The notes below the pieces were generated by a model that worked only from the letters and a program-made list of their open reading frames with translations, did no database searches and was not told where the DNA came from. Shown here piece after piece: positions 46,336 through 58,984 of a stretch of DNA of 64,000 nt (position 1 is the stretch's first letter; each line of letters begins with the position of its first letter). Location of the stretch: contig CM075999.1 of NCBI GenBank assembly GCA_038087875.1, forward strand, positions 2,482,001 through 2,546,000, given 5' to 3'. The translations under genes were made by a program, and so were the position numbers. This DNA comes from Malacoraja senta (lineage: Eukaryota).

Positions 46336-48514
46336 TTTCAGGCTTTTTAGTTTAGTTTAGTTTACTTTCGAGATACAGGGAGAAAACAGGCACTTTGGCC
46401 CACCGAGTCTGTGCCGACCAACGATCCCAGCACACTAATGCTATCCTATATACGTAATGACTAATGCTATCCTATCACCCAATGACTCCATGACTCTATG
46501 ACAGTCATACAGTGTAGAAGTGACCAAGAGCTTTTGGAGGCCAGTATAATTCAGGTGTAAGAAGGAACTGCAGATGCTGGTTAAGGAACTTTGGATGCTT
46601 TCAAGAGAGAGTTAGATAGAGTTCTTAAAGATAGCGGAGTCAGGGGATATGGGGAGAAGGCAGGAACGGGGTACTGATTGTGGATGATCAGCCATGATCA
46701 CATTGAATGGCGGTGCTGACTCGAAGGGCCAAATGGCCTTCTCCTGCACCTATTGTCTATTGTCTGGTTATTTGGGAAATGGCACAGCAGAAATGAGGCT
46801 TGAATTTGACTGGATGGCACAGAAACAAAAGTTTTTCACTGTGTCCTGGTCCACATGACAAAGACACACCAATACCAATTGCAAGTAGATGAAATATTCC
46901 CCAATACAGCTCTAAAGCTCAGGAGTGCAGCTTAGCATTTTACCAGAGATATATGCAAGCAAGCAAGGTTTTGATTTCATGGGTCAAACGTCCATCACAA
47001 AGTACAGAGCTTACATAGTGACATAGTAGGAAGGAACTGCAGATGCTGGTTTAAACTGAAGATAGACACAAAGAGCTGGAGTAACTCAGCGGGACAGGCA
47101 GCATCTCTGGAGAGAAGGAATAGGTGATGTTTCGGGTCGAGATTGTCTGAAGAAGGGTCTCGACCAGAAACGTCACCCATTTCTTCTCTCCAGAGATGCT
47201 GCCTGTCCCGCTGAGTTACTCACTCCAGCTTTTTATGTCTATCTGTATCCGTTGTGCCGCTGCAAGTGAGAATTTCATTGTTCCATTTCAGGAGATATGT
47301 CAATAAAACACTCTTGACTTCAGACAAAGGGTGGTGGGTGTACGGAACAAGCTGCCAGAGGAGGTAGCTCAGGCAGGGACTATCCCAATGGTGAACAAAC
47401 ATTTAGACAGGCACGAAACGCGGGCAGGTGGGACTAGTGTAGATGGGACGCCACTGGGCCACCGAGTGTTAGCGTGTCATCAAGGGTTAGGAATATGTTG
47501 AGAGAATGCATGAAGCTGGAGGTGGTTTAAAGATTGGAATGGTGAAGCAAGGGTCAAGAGAGGAGGGGAGTTGATAAAGCACGATGGTTCCCTCACCATA
47601 AACGTGAGTTTCTTTCAGCAGAACTCCACAGTGTCAGTGGAGGCCGGTTCTCTGGATGCTTTCAAGAGAGAGTTAGATAGAGTTCTTAAAGATAGCGGAG
47701 TCAGGGGATATGGGGAGAAGGCAGGAACGGGGTACTGATTGTGGGTGATCAGCCGTGATCACATTGAATGGCGGTGCTGACTCGAAGGGCCGAATGGCCT
47801 TCTCCTGCACCTATTGTCTATTGGGACATGTTGGTCAGTGTGGGCAAGTGGGGCCCAAGGGTCTGTTCCCACACTATATCACTCTATGACTTGTGTGTCT
47901 CCCCAAAACAGACCAATTAAATTCTTAGTGAAGATGGACAGAGTGCTGGAGTAACTCAGCGGGTCAGGCAGCATCTGTGGACAAGAGGAATAGGTGGCGA
48001 TTCGGGCCGGAACCTTTCTTCCGACTCTGACCTCCTTCTCCCTCATGGGTTTCCTCCGGGTGCTCCGGTTTCCTCCCACATCCCAAAGATAAACTGGCCC
48101 TGTGTAAACTGCTCCAGGTGTGTAGGGAGAAGTTGAGAAGATGGGATAGCACAAAAGCTGTCAACAGCTGGTCGGCGTGGACTCGGTGGGCCTGCATCTC
48201 AAAACTAAACTCTGTGAGAGAATACTAAATGGTGTATCTCTAAACTATACTCTCCCTCCCTCCCTCCCTCACCTCACCTCACTCCTCCTCTCTGGTATTT
48301 CACAAAAAGCCAACAGCAAGGGAACCAAATATCTCTATGACTCTAAAGCACGAAGACCAACTGGGGGATAATCGTTTCACTCCAGAAGATAACTTTGCGG
48401 GAGATCGGGGATTTGCTTGCTTATGAGACAAACAATGTACGCCTCATTTCAGACTTTGTCAATTCCCTTCACAGCTTCACTGTGCAAGCATAATCACGTA
48501 GACCTGAAATATTT

Positions 48515-49380
48515 AGAATCATAGAGTCACAGAGTGATACAGCGTGGAAACAGGCCCTTCAATAGACAATAGACAATAGACAATAGGTGCAGGAGTAGGC
48601 CATTCGGCCCTTCGAACCAGCACCGCCATTAAATGTGATCATGGCTGATCATCCCCAATAAGTATCCCGTTCCTACCTTCTCCCCATAGTCTGAAGAAGG
48701 GTTTCAGCCCGAAACGTTGCCTATTTCCTTCGCTCCATAGATGCTGCTGCACCCGCTGAGTTTCTCCAGCACTTTTGTCTACCTTCGATTTTCCAGCATC
48801 TGCAGTTCCTTCTTGAACACTTCTCCACATATCCCCTGACTCCTCTATCTTTAAGAGTTCTATCTCGCTTTCTCTTGAAAGTATCCAGAGAACCAGCCTC
48901 CACCGCCCTCTGAGGCAGAGAATTCCACAGACTCACAGCCCAACTTGCCCACACCGACCAAAATGCCCTATCTACACGTCCAACCTGCCTGAGTTTGGCC
49001 CAGATCCCTCTAAACCTGTCGTATCCATGTGCCTGTCGTAAATGTTTCTTAAACGTTGGGATAGTCCCAGCCTCAACTACCTCCTCTGGCAGCTCGTTCC
49101 ATACACCCACCACCCTTTGTGTGAAAAAGTTGCCCCTCGGCTTCCCATTAAATCTTTCCCACTTCACCTTAAACTTATGTCCTCTGGTCCTCGATTCCCC
49201 TACTCTGGGCAAGAGACTCTGTGCATCTACCCAATCTATTCCTCTCATGATTTTGTACACCTCTATAAGATCTCCCCTCATCCTCCTGCGTTCCAAGGAA
49301 TAGAGTCCCAAGTCCCAGCCAACTCAACGTCTCACCATAGCTCAGGGCTCCGAGTCCTGGAAACACCCTCGTAAATCTAC
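48515..49380 (-). mobile_element. CR1 LINE fragment with nested CR1 (48561-48936) and PLE-B unit
   Basis: ORF 48721-49311 is a chimera of three elements. Confidence 0.85.
48689..48819 (+). mobile_element. 131-bp PLE-B insertion beginning at the hammerhead motif (core 48691-48718)
   Basis: GT-CTGAAGA-A-GGGT-TTCA-GCCC-GAAAC-GTT; 12-bp TSD CTTCTCC(C/A)CATA (48677-48688, 48820-48831). Confidence 0.85.
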
Positions 49381-49393
49381 CCGGTATCGTTAG

Positions 49394-49699
49394 AACCAGG
49401 GGCCACAGTTTAAGAATAAGAAATAAGCCATTTAGAACGGAGACGAGGAAACACTTTTTCTCACAGAGAGTGGTGAGTCTGTGGAATTCTCTGCCTCAGA
49501 GGGCGGTGGAGGCAGGTTCTCTGGATGCTTTCAAGAGAGAGCTAGATAGGGCTCTTAAAGATAGCTGAGTCAGAGGATATGGGGAGAAGGCAGGAACGGG
49601 GTACTGATTGGGGATGATCAGCCATGATCACCTTGAATGGCGGTGCTGGCTCGAAGAGCCGAATGGCCTACTCCTGCACCTATTGTCTATTGTCTATTG
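49394..49699 (+). mobile_element. CR1 LINE 3' fragment
   Basis: RTRGHSLRIR...[19 protein letters not shown] on both sides. Confidence 0.9.
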
Positions 49700-50076
49700 T
49701 TAGTTTTCTTGCAGCTTTTACCCCAGTTTAAGTTGGAATCCACCGCGCTGGTGACAGAGTGTACGCCTGCCACATAACGCTGATGAACATTGACAGAGTG
49801 ACAGATTGCAAAATTGAATTGAGAAACAAGCAGAGGAACATTTAGCACACGTTTATTTACACTCAGCTCGTTTGAACATGGCTGTTAGATCATAATTAAG
49901 GTATTTGGAAATGCAGCCGACATTTGTGTTTGACAGATAAACATCAAAGGTTTAATATTTGATGTTTCAAGACTGCTGCACTTAGTAAAACCATTTACAT
50001 TTATTAAGAAAGCAGTTGTGTATGTGTTTATTCCTGCATGCTCATGATACCTTGTAAAATACGCACACACTGGCTC

Positions 50077-50647
50077 TTAGTTTAGAGATGCAGCGCGGAA
50101 ACAGGCCCTTCGGCCCACCGAGTCCGCGCCGACCAGCGATCCCCGCGCACTAACACTATCCTACACACTCTGGGGTCAATTTTCACATACACCAAGCCAA
50201 TTAACCTACATACCTGTACGTCTTTAGAGTGTGGGGAGGAAACCGAAGATCTCGGAGAAAACCCAGGTCAGTCACAGGGAGAACGTACAAATTACATACA
50301 GACAGCACCCGTAGTCGGGATCGAACCCGGGTCTCCGGCGCTGCAAGCGCTGTAAAGGGCCGGTCCCACTTTCACGACCTAATTCACGACCTCTGCCGAG
50401 TTTGCCCTTGACTCATACTCGCAGCATGGTCGTCACGAGGTCGTAGGAGGTCGTAGGAGGTCGTAGGAGGTCGTAGGTAGGTAGGTCGTAGGTAGGTCAT
50501 AGGTAGGTCGTGATGCTAGTAATAGGTACTCGTCGCATCAAGTAGGTCGGGGCGTTTTACTAGCCTGATGAAAAATGTCCACGAGTAAAAAAGGTCGTGA
50601 ATTAGGTCGTAAGGCAGCAACTCTACTGCTGCGCCTCCGTGCCACCC
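50077..50647 (-). mobile_element. V-SINE hosting a MITE
   Basis: SINE motifs split at GCTGTAA|GGCAGC. Confidence 0.85.
50356..50609. mobile_element. PIF/Harbinger-type MITE (right end truncated) with internal (GGTCGTAGGA)n
   Basis: Left end AGGGCCGGTCCCACT; inverted repeat ACGACCTAATTCACGACCT / AGGTCGTGAATTAGGTCGT; TAA flanks. Confidence 0.75.
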
Positions 50648-51399
50648 TGTTCAATGTTCTAATCCATTTGTGGTGTAGAAGCCATTCCATGTGGCACTCT
50701 TGCTAACACTGCTAGGTTCTAATAGAACCCAGTGGATGTCGTTGGTAGGGAATGGAAGGAGCTGTGGTCAGTCCTAACAAAACCTGGGCATAGATGGGAA
50801 AGGATGAGGTGGGAGGTTACCATTGCCACGATGGCATTCAATCTCATTACTGACAGAGAGGGCATGATCTTATCAAACAATCGACCACAAAAAATGAATC
50901 TGAAGGCATTGTGTTGAAACGTAATAGGTTTCTGTGAGTGAAGGTTTTAAAAAGATTAGCAATGTATCAAGTATGTGAATAACATTCTATCCACCTCCAA
51001 GAAAATCTATTACCATAGAGCTTAGACATTTGTTATTATTCCATTTAATTCCACAGCAAAAAAAACCTTTGAAATATTTAATAGCACTGGCATTTGTAGA
51101 GTAAAACTTATAAGAATTGATCCAAAATGATTTTGACTTCTCGAAAAGCTTTGGAAGAGTGCATGTGTAAGAAGGAACTGCAGACACTGGTTTAAACCGA
51201 AGATAGACACAAAATGCCGGAGTAACAGGCAGCATCTCTGAAGAGAAGGAATGGGGTGGGAGATTGCAACCTTCACGTGGTCCGCCCTGTTTCGACGAAT
51301 GCAATCAACCCGGCGTGCACAATCAAATAAGATCAAATAGAACAAGTTGACCTACATCTTTAGGCTGCGCACGCCATACGCAAGAAGAAGAAGAGAAGG

Positions 51400-51432
51400 A
51401 TCTGAAGAAGGGTCTTGACCCGAAACGTCACC
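51400..51432 (+). ncRNA. Minimal hammerhead motif, PLE subfamily A
   Basis: CTGAAGA (51402)-A-GGGT-CTTG-ACCC-GAAAC-GTC. Confidence 0.65.
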
Positions 51433-51936
51433 CATCCCTTCTCTCCAGAGATGCTGCCTGTCCCGCTGAGTTATTCCAGCATTTTGTGTCTATCTTTGGA
51501 AGAGTACATGTTTGGGTAAGTGGCCATGAGAATGTAAAGGGACACTGAACTAGGGAGACGTGGAAACTCCACACAGACAGTCAACGCAATGTGAGCCAGC
51601 CAATGTACAGAGAGGGCATTTAAAGTATTCAATTGATTAAAATGGTTCTCTCTCATGAGCAAGCAATCTCAGCATCCTTGGATTCATTGTGGGTCTACAC
51701 TATGAATTATTGTATTCATATAAGACTAAAAATGTAGATATCTTGTATGCTCATAAATTATGCAATAAAATATGAAGCATGTTGTTAAAATTCAGAGTGA
51801 AATTGATTTTGAATAATTACTCAAATATTAAAAGTGAATGAATTATAATTAATTAGATACTTTCAATTAAATAATATTATTATCTTTTTTAATAAAATAT
51901 TACGGGATAAACACTTTCCACTCCATGAGAGTTAAG

Positions 51937-52890
51937 GATGTGGTCCAGTCCATCATACAGACCAGGCTCCCCGCCATTGACTCCATCTACGACTCCATCA
52001 TCACGCTGCCTCAGAAAATCAGCCAACATAATCAAAGACTTGCCCCACCCCGGTCATTCCCCCTCCTCCCTGCTCCCATCAGGTCTGAGAAGATTACGGA
52101 GAGTCGGTTTGTCAAGGAGGACTCTCTCTAACTTCTACAGGTGCACAGTAGAGAGCATGCTGACCGGTTGCATCGTGGCTTGGTTCGGCAACTTGAGCGC
52201 CCCGGAGCGGAAAAGACTGCAAAAAGTAGTAAACACTGCCCAGTCCATCATTGGCTCTGACCTCCCTTCCATCGAGGGGATCTATCGCAGTCGCTGCCTC
52301 AAAAAGGCTGGCAGTATCATCAAGGACCCACACCATCCTGGCCACACACTCATCTCCCCGCTACCTTCAGGTAGAAGGTACAGGAGCCTGAAGACTGCAA
52401 CGACCAGGTTCAGGAATAGCTACTTCCCCACAGCCATCAGGCTATTAAACTCGGCTCAGACAAAACTCTGAACATTAATAGCCCATTATCTGTTTATTTG
52501 CACTTTATCAGTTTATTTATTCATGTGTGTATATATTTATATAATGGTATATGGACACACTGATGTGTTCTGTAGTCAATGCCTACTATGTTCTGTTGTG
52601 CTGAAGCAAAGCAAGAATTTCATTGTCCTATCGGGGACACATGACAATAAACTCTCTTGAACTTGAAGCTTGAAAGCGCGCACCACCAGACTCAGGAACA
52701 GCTTCTTCCCCTCAGTTATCAGGCTTCTGGACGGTCCTTCCGTAAGCTAAGGTACTGTCCGATTCACCTCACCCCATTGTGGACATTGGTCTCTGGAACT
52801 GATGCGCTACAAAGTTGAGAACTATATTCTGCACTCTGTATCTTCCCCTTTGCTCTACCTATTGTACTTGAGTCTGACTTGTTTGTATGT
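51937..52890 (+). mobile_element. Rex1/Babar-like LINE (52085-52665) nested in an older Rex-like fragment
   Basis: LRRLRRVGLSRRTLSNFYRCTVESMLTGCIVAWFGN...TAIRLLN; near-identical to 43893-44420. Confidence 0.85.
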
Positions 52891-53011
52891 GTAAGAAGGG
52901 ACTGCAGATGCTAGTTTACACCAAAAATAGACACTAAATCTGGAGTAACTCAGCAGGACAGGCAGCATCTCTATGTGACGTTTCGGGTCTGAAGAAGGGT
53001 CTTGACCCAAA

Positions 53012-53299
53012 AGAATAAGGGGATAAGCCACTTAGAACGGAGATGAGGAAACACTTTTTCTCACAGAGAATTGTGAGTCTGTGGAATTCCCTGCCTCAGA
53101 GGGCGGTGGAGGCAGGTTCTCTGGATACTTTCAAGAGAGAGCTGGATAGGGCTCATAAAAATAGCGGAGTCAGGGGTTATGGGGAGAAGGCAGGAACGGG
53201 GTACTGATTGGGGATGATCAGCCATGATCACATTGAATGGCGGTGCTGGCTCGAAGGGCCGAATGGTCTACTCCTGCACCTATTGTCTATTGTCTATTG
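53012..53299 (+). mobile_element. CR1 LINE 3' fragment inserted in the hammerhead of a fold-back PLE-A unit (52890-53352)
   Basis: CTGAAGAAGGGTCTTGACCC|CR1|GAAACGTCACCC. Confidence 0.85.
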
Positions 53300-53934
53300 A
53301 AACGTCACCCATTCCTTCTTGCCAGAGATGCTGCCTGTCCTGCTGAGCTACTCCAGCTTTTTGTGTCTATCTGACTTGATTGTATGAATCTATGGTATAT
53401 CTGTTTGGATAGAATACAAAAAGCTTTTTTTACTGTACTTTGGCACAACTAAGAGTAATGAAAGTTAAACCTAAACCTAAAAGAGCATTAATTATAACTT
53501 CCAAAAGCCAAATGGGCCACCTTCTACCACTGTTAGGAAGTTACCTTGCGTCAGGAGATGATCTTGGTGGAAGGCAAAAAATACAGTTATCATCTCAAGA
53601 AAGAAGGAATGGGTGACGTTTTGGGTCGAGCCCCTTCTTCAGACTGAAGAAGGGTCTCGACCCGAAATGTCACCCATTCCTTCTCTCCAGAGATGCTTCC
53701 TGTCCCGCTGAGTTACTCCAGCATTTTGTGTCTATCTTCAGTTTAAACCAGCATCTGTACTTTCTTCCTATATACAGTAATACATTTATCATAGTCCATT
53801 TATAATCTGGGTTACTTTGGTCGCAGAATATGTAGGTTATGGGCGGCACGATGGTGCAGTAGTTAACCTTAGACCTATGTCATCACGTTTTCTATTCCAC
53901 GACTCTTTGAATTTATCTACGGATGCTCCACAGA

Positions 53935-54850
53935 AAGCATTTTATCAGGATGCATCACAGCTTGGTTTGGGAACAGCTCCATCCAAGACCGCAGGAATTT
54001 GCAGCAAGTTGTGGACACAGCCCAGACCATCACACAAACCAACCTCCCTTCCAGTGACTCCATCAACACCTCACGCTGCCTCGGCAAGGCCAGCAGCATA
54101 ATCAAGGACGAGTCGCACCCTGGCCACTCCCTCTTCTCCCCTCTCCCATCGGGCAAAAGATATAGAAGTGTGAAAATGCACACTTCCAGATTCAGGGACA
54201 GTTTCTTCCCAGGCAACTGAACCATCCTACCACAACTAGAGAGCGCTCCTGAACTACTATCTGTAGATCAAACAGTATTGTTGATTTGATCCGTGTCTGG
54301 TTTTGCTGCTGACCTGATCAATAATCCATGTCAGGTTTCCACACTACCACCTCGTGGCATGTGGGCAGCCATGCTGGTTAGTTCAACTTATGACTCTGTC
54401 CACAGTACTCATTTTGTTGATGTGCAAAGTACTATTGATACAAAGTCATTATATATCATAACAAGTACTTTAATTAAAATACATACAGAGACCATCGAAA
54501 TGAGTACTGTAGGCTCTGAGTCATGTTGAACTAACCAACATGGCTGCCCGCATGCCACTAGGTGGTAGTGTGAAAAACTGACATGGATGACCTTCTTTGA
54601 TGACCCTCGGACTATCCTTGATCGGACTTTGCTGGCTTTACTTGCACTAAACGTTGAGCCTACCGACAGAAGTAAGCCATCCTTTGTATCTGACTTGAAT
54701 TTAAAATATTCATTAGCAATGATATACATTGTAAAAATATATGCACTGTAAATGGCTCGATCGTAATCATGTATTGTCTTTCCGCTGACTGGTTAGCACG
54801 CAACAAAAGCTTTTTGCTGTACCTCGGTGCACGTGACAACAAACTAAAAC
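53935..54850 (+). mobile_element. Rex1/Babar-like LINE 3' fragment interrupted at ~54263-54590
   Basis: LSGCITAWFGNSSIQDRRNLQQVVDTAQTITQTNLPS...FRDSFFP. Confidence 0.85.
54324..54588. repeat. Long imperfect palindrome (MITE-like), ~90-bp arms
   Basis: ATCCATGTCAG.TTT.CACACTACCACCT.GTGGCATG.GGGCAGCCATG.TGGTTAGTTCAAC..TGACTC...ACAGTACTCATTT and its reverse complement. Confidence 0.85.
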
Positions 54851-55215
54851 TGACCTTTAAAGTGTTCCTCATTTTTGTTATGTTCTAAGAAGGTATCGCG
54901 GTTGACAGGTTGTGTTTATTACCATCACTCAGTTTGGGAATCGCATCCACTGGAACTGCCAAGCCGGGAGAAAGAAATGACAATTGTAATTAAAACGTGA
55001 AAGGGAGCAAAAATAATTCAAAATTACTCAGTGTCGACTGGCATTGTGCTTTTAAACAAAACCCATGCGGTACCAGAGCAACCATCTTCTAATGAGCTAA
55101 ACATCTGGTAATCAGTCTCAATGCCTTAGCTGTGTTTATGTCCCAAGGCTCAGCTGTCAGAGTGTGTCACAGCTGTCCGAGAAGATGATTGAGGGAAAAA
55201 TCCAAGTATAATGGT

Positions 55216-55527
55216 GTTTAGTTTAGCTTATTTTCGAGATACACCACGGAAACAGGCCGTTCAGCCCATCGAGTCCGTGCCGACCGGCGATCCCCGCACA
55301 TAAACACTACCTTAAACACACTAGGGACAATTTACAATTATACCAAGCCAATTAACCTACATACCTGCGCGTCTTTGGAGTGTGAGAGGACACTGCAGCT
55401 TCCTGGAGAAAACACACGCAGGTCACGGGGAGAACGTACGAACTCCGTACAGACAGCGCCCGTAGTCAGGATTGAACCTGGGTCTCTGGCGCTGTGAGGC
55501 GGCAACTCTACCCGCTGTGCCACCGTG
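55216..55527 (-). mobile_element. V-SINE
   Basis: SINE motifs. Confidence 0.85.
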
Positions 55528-55901
55528 TTATGAAACGAAGAGCAGCACAGAGAGCTGGAACAGGCCGACACATTCCATACCATCACCAACAATTTAGTTT
55601 AGTTAATTGTCACGTGTACCGAGGTACAGTGAAAAGCTTTTTGTTGCGTGCTAACCAGTCAGCGGAAAGACTATACATGATTATAATCAATCCATTTACA
55701 GTGTATAGATACATGATAAAGGAATAACGTTTAGTGCAAGGTAAAGCCAGCAAAGTCTGATCAAAGATAGTCCGAGGTTCACCAATGAGGTAGATAGTAG
55801 TTCAGGACCGCTCTCCAGTTGTGGTGGGATGGTTCAGTTGCCTGATAACAGATAATCAAGTCTTCCTCACTTGTTGAAATGGATACACAATGTGTTGATT
55901 C

Positions 55902-56203
55902 AGGGCTGCATGGTGGAGCAATGGTAGAGTTACTGCCATAGAGCACCAGAGACCCAGGTTCGATCCTGACTACGGGTGCTGTCTGTATGGCATTTGTACG
56001 TTCTCCTTGTGACCTGCGTGGGTTTTCTCCAGGAATTCCGGTTTCCTCCCACACTCCAAAGACGTGCAGGTTTGTAGGTTAATAGGCTTTGGTAAAATTG
56101 TGAATTGTCCCTAGTGTGGATAGGATAGTGTTAGTGTGCGGGGATCGCTGGTCGGCGCGGACACGGTGGGCCGAACCTGGCCTGTTTCCACGCTTTCTCT
56201 CTA
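55902..56203 (+). mobile_element. V-SINE
   Basis: SINE motifs. Confidence 0.85.
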
Positions 56204-56606
56204 TAAAAAAAAACAGATTTGGTTGAATTTGAGGTGGTGAAAGAGTTAAATTGTTGTTCATTCCTGCGAATCTGTTTGGTATTGATGTGTCAGAGTGTGA
56301 TTTTACTGACATTCCGCTTTCTGTTTGCTAAGACAGAGATAATGCGTGGGATTCATGTTGCTTGTGTAACAATGTCAAGTGGCTTCAGGGATGACAAGAA
56401 TGAAACAATAGTCAAACAATATGTGCTTGGCATCTGTAACTTTGAAGAGAATGCTTCTTTTCTGGCCTATTGTTCACAATGACACCTGAAAAAAACCCAT
56501 CGGATAATTAGTCAGGTGTAGGAAGGAACTACAGATGCTGGTTTACACCGAAGATAGACACAACATTTTAGTTTCGGCAAAATTCCTGAAAGTAGGCCCA
56601 CCTTTA

Positions 56607-56890
56607 AAGCCCTGTCCCACTGAACGAGTTTACCCAAGAGCTCTCCCAAGTTTTAAAAAAAATTCAAACTCGTGGTAAGCACGTAGAATGTACGTAGCGG
56701 GTACGTCGGAGCTCGGGGACGTCTCTTAGCGGCTCGTAACGCTAACGGCAGGTACTCGGGAAACGCTGTTGAAAAATGTCCACGAGAGCCCCGAGTACTT
56801 ATGAGCGGCCATCACCGTAAATCTCCAAGTTCGAATCGGGGCAAACTCGGGGAGAACTCTTGAATGAACTCGTACAGTGGGACAGGGCTA
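56607..56890. mobile_element. PIF/Harbinger-type MITE
   Basis: TIR AGCCCTGTCCCACTG / CAGTGGGACAGGGCT; TTA/TCA flanks. Confidence 0.85.
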
Positions 56891-56894
56891 TCAG

Positions 56895-57208
56895 ATTAGT
56901 TTATGGATACAGAGTGAAAACAGGACCTTCGGCCCACCGAGTCCACGCCGAACAACGATCCCCGCACATTAACACCATCCTACACACACTAGGGTCAATT
57001 TACACATGCAACGAGCCAATTAACCTACAAACCTTTACGTCTTTGGAGTGTGGGAGGAAACAAAAGATTTCGGATAAAACCCCACGTGGTCACGGGGAGA
57101 ACGTACAAAACATTGCACATTCATCACACGTAGTCGGGATCGAACCCGGGTCTCTGGCGCTGCAAGCGCTGTAAGGCAGCAACTCTACCGCTGCGCCACC
57201 GTGCCACC
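56895..57208 (-). mobile_element. V-SINE
   Basis: SINE motifs. Confidence 0.85.
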
Positions 57209-57329
57209 TTGCGGGAGTTATTCAGCATCTCTGGATAGAAGGAATGGGTGACATATCGGGTCAAGACCCTTCTTAATCAAGGCGTGATCCCCTGTAAGTT
57301 GAACATAAATACCTCAAATGTTTCTAAAG

Positions 57330-57735
57330 ATTTTATGAGGGGGGACCCCATTGCAACTTACCGAATGGTGAAAGGCCTGGATAGAGTGGATGTTGAGACG
57401 ATGTTTCTACTAGTGGGAGAGTCTAGGACCAGAGGTCACACTGTAGCTTCTGAATAAAAGGATGTTCCTTTAGGAAGGAGATGAGGAGGAATTTCTTTAG
57501 TCAGAGGGTGGTGAATCTGTGGAATTCTTTGCCACAGACGGCTGTCGAGACCAAGTCAATGTATATATTTAAGGCAGAGATAGATAGATTATTGATTAGT
57601 ACGGGTGTCAGAGGATATGGGGAGAAGGCAGGAGAATGGGGTTGAGAGGGATAGATAGATCAGCCATGATTGAATGGCGGAGTAGATTTGATGGGCCGAA
57701 TGGCCTAATTCTGCCCCTGTAACATGAACTTATCA
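57330..57735 (+). mobile_element. CR1 LINE 3' fragment
   Basis: MRGD.IATYRMVKGLDRVDVE.MF.LVGESRTRGH. Confidence 0.85.
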
Positions 57736-58984
57736 AGTATTTAAGAATGAAAAAGATGAACATGGTTCATTTCTACTCACGGGTACACACTATAGTAGTA
57801 ATATTGGTGATTTCTCCCCAATGGGCAATACTTACAAATATTTCAGTTTGATTATTCACAAACAAAAGAATAACTGATGTATAATTGATGTCAGGTAAAT
57901 TAAGGTTAAGTAGAATTTAAAGAGTTAAAAAGAGTTAAAAGCACGTGATGTTTCTCCAGAGATGCTGCCAGTCCCTCTGTTACTCCAGCGTATTGCGTCT
58001 ATCTTCTGTATAAAGCAGCATCTGCAGTTCCTTCCTACACAATTAAACGTTCTCAGCTATGTTAGCACGATGGCACACTAAACAGTCATTGATGACTATG
58101 TCCTTCTATTCAAAGAGTGAGAGGGAGTTAAAGCAGATAACTGTGCACCTGTTAGTCAAAAACGTGGAATTGGTAAGCTTTGCTAAAGCCACAACGTGAG
58201 ATAAAATCAATTCACTCCAGAATGATGTTGGATAATTGAGTACCATCGGCATGGATTTGTAAAGGGCAAGTTATACTTAATAACGTTCCTCGTGGATGAA
58301 GCGCTGCTTTTGGTGTTTGTTATTGTTGTCACATGCACTGAGATAGAATGGGAAACCTTTGAGTGATATCCAGGCATAATCATCTAGACATGAGGACATC
58401 AAAGCAGTACAAACGAGAAATAAACAGTGTGGGGTATGTAGCGTTCCAGAGAAATGCAGATAGGAGAGAAGAGTAAAGGCTGGCAACGAGGTAGGTTGGG
58501 AGATCGGGAATTCGTTCAGCAGCTGAAGGGGTCCCGTTCCTGATGATGATACTTTATTGTCACATGTACCCGGTACAGTGAAATCCTTTGTTTTGCATAC
58601 AGAGCATGCAAAGAGTCGCCACGCAAAGGGCGTTGTCAAAGTTAAACAGTGTACATTATAGTCCCAATGTTTCTTGGTGCCCAATCACTGCCGGGTCCCT
58701 CCTTGTTCTCATGGTGATCCCCTCTCCCCCCACCCCACGCCGGGTCCTCTGCGTCCTGAGGGGCCATCCTCGGCCACCTGCCACCAGGTTCCTCTCTTGG
58801 ACGGCGTCTCTTAGACTAATCGTCTCTTAGTCTTATCATGAATTTGATAGTGCAGAAGAACCTGTCTTTGGATCTGGTGGTGCAGACTCTCAAGGTTTCG
58901 TATCCTTTCTCTAAAGTACCATTGAATCATTGGATCAGGATGCGGCAGTTGATCTAGCCCTCAGATGCCTGCTGTCCTTTGATG

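Noticed and set aside
51938..52471. ALKBH8 N-terminal (DUF1891)-like host gene
   Set aside because: This region is part of Rex1/Babar-type LINE ORFs; multiple truncated copies with LINE tails occur in the window
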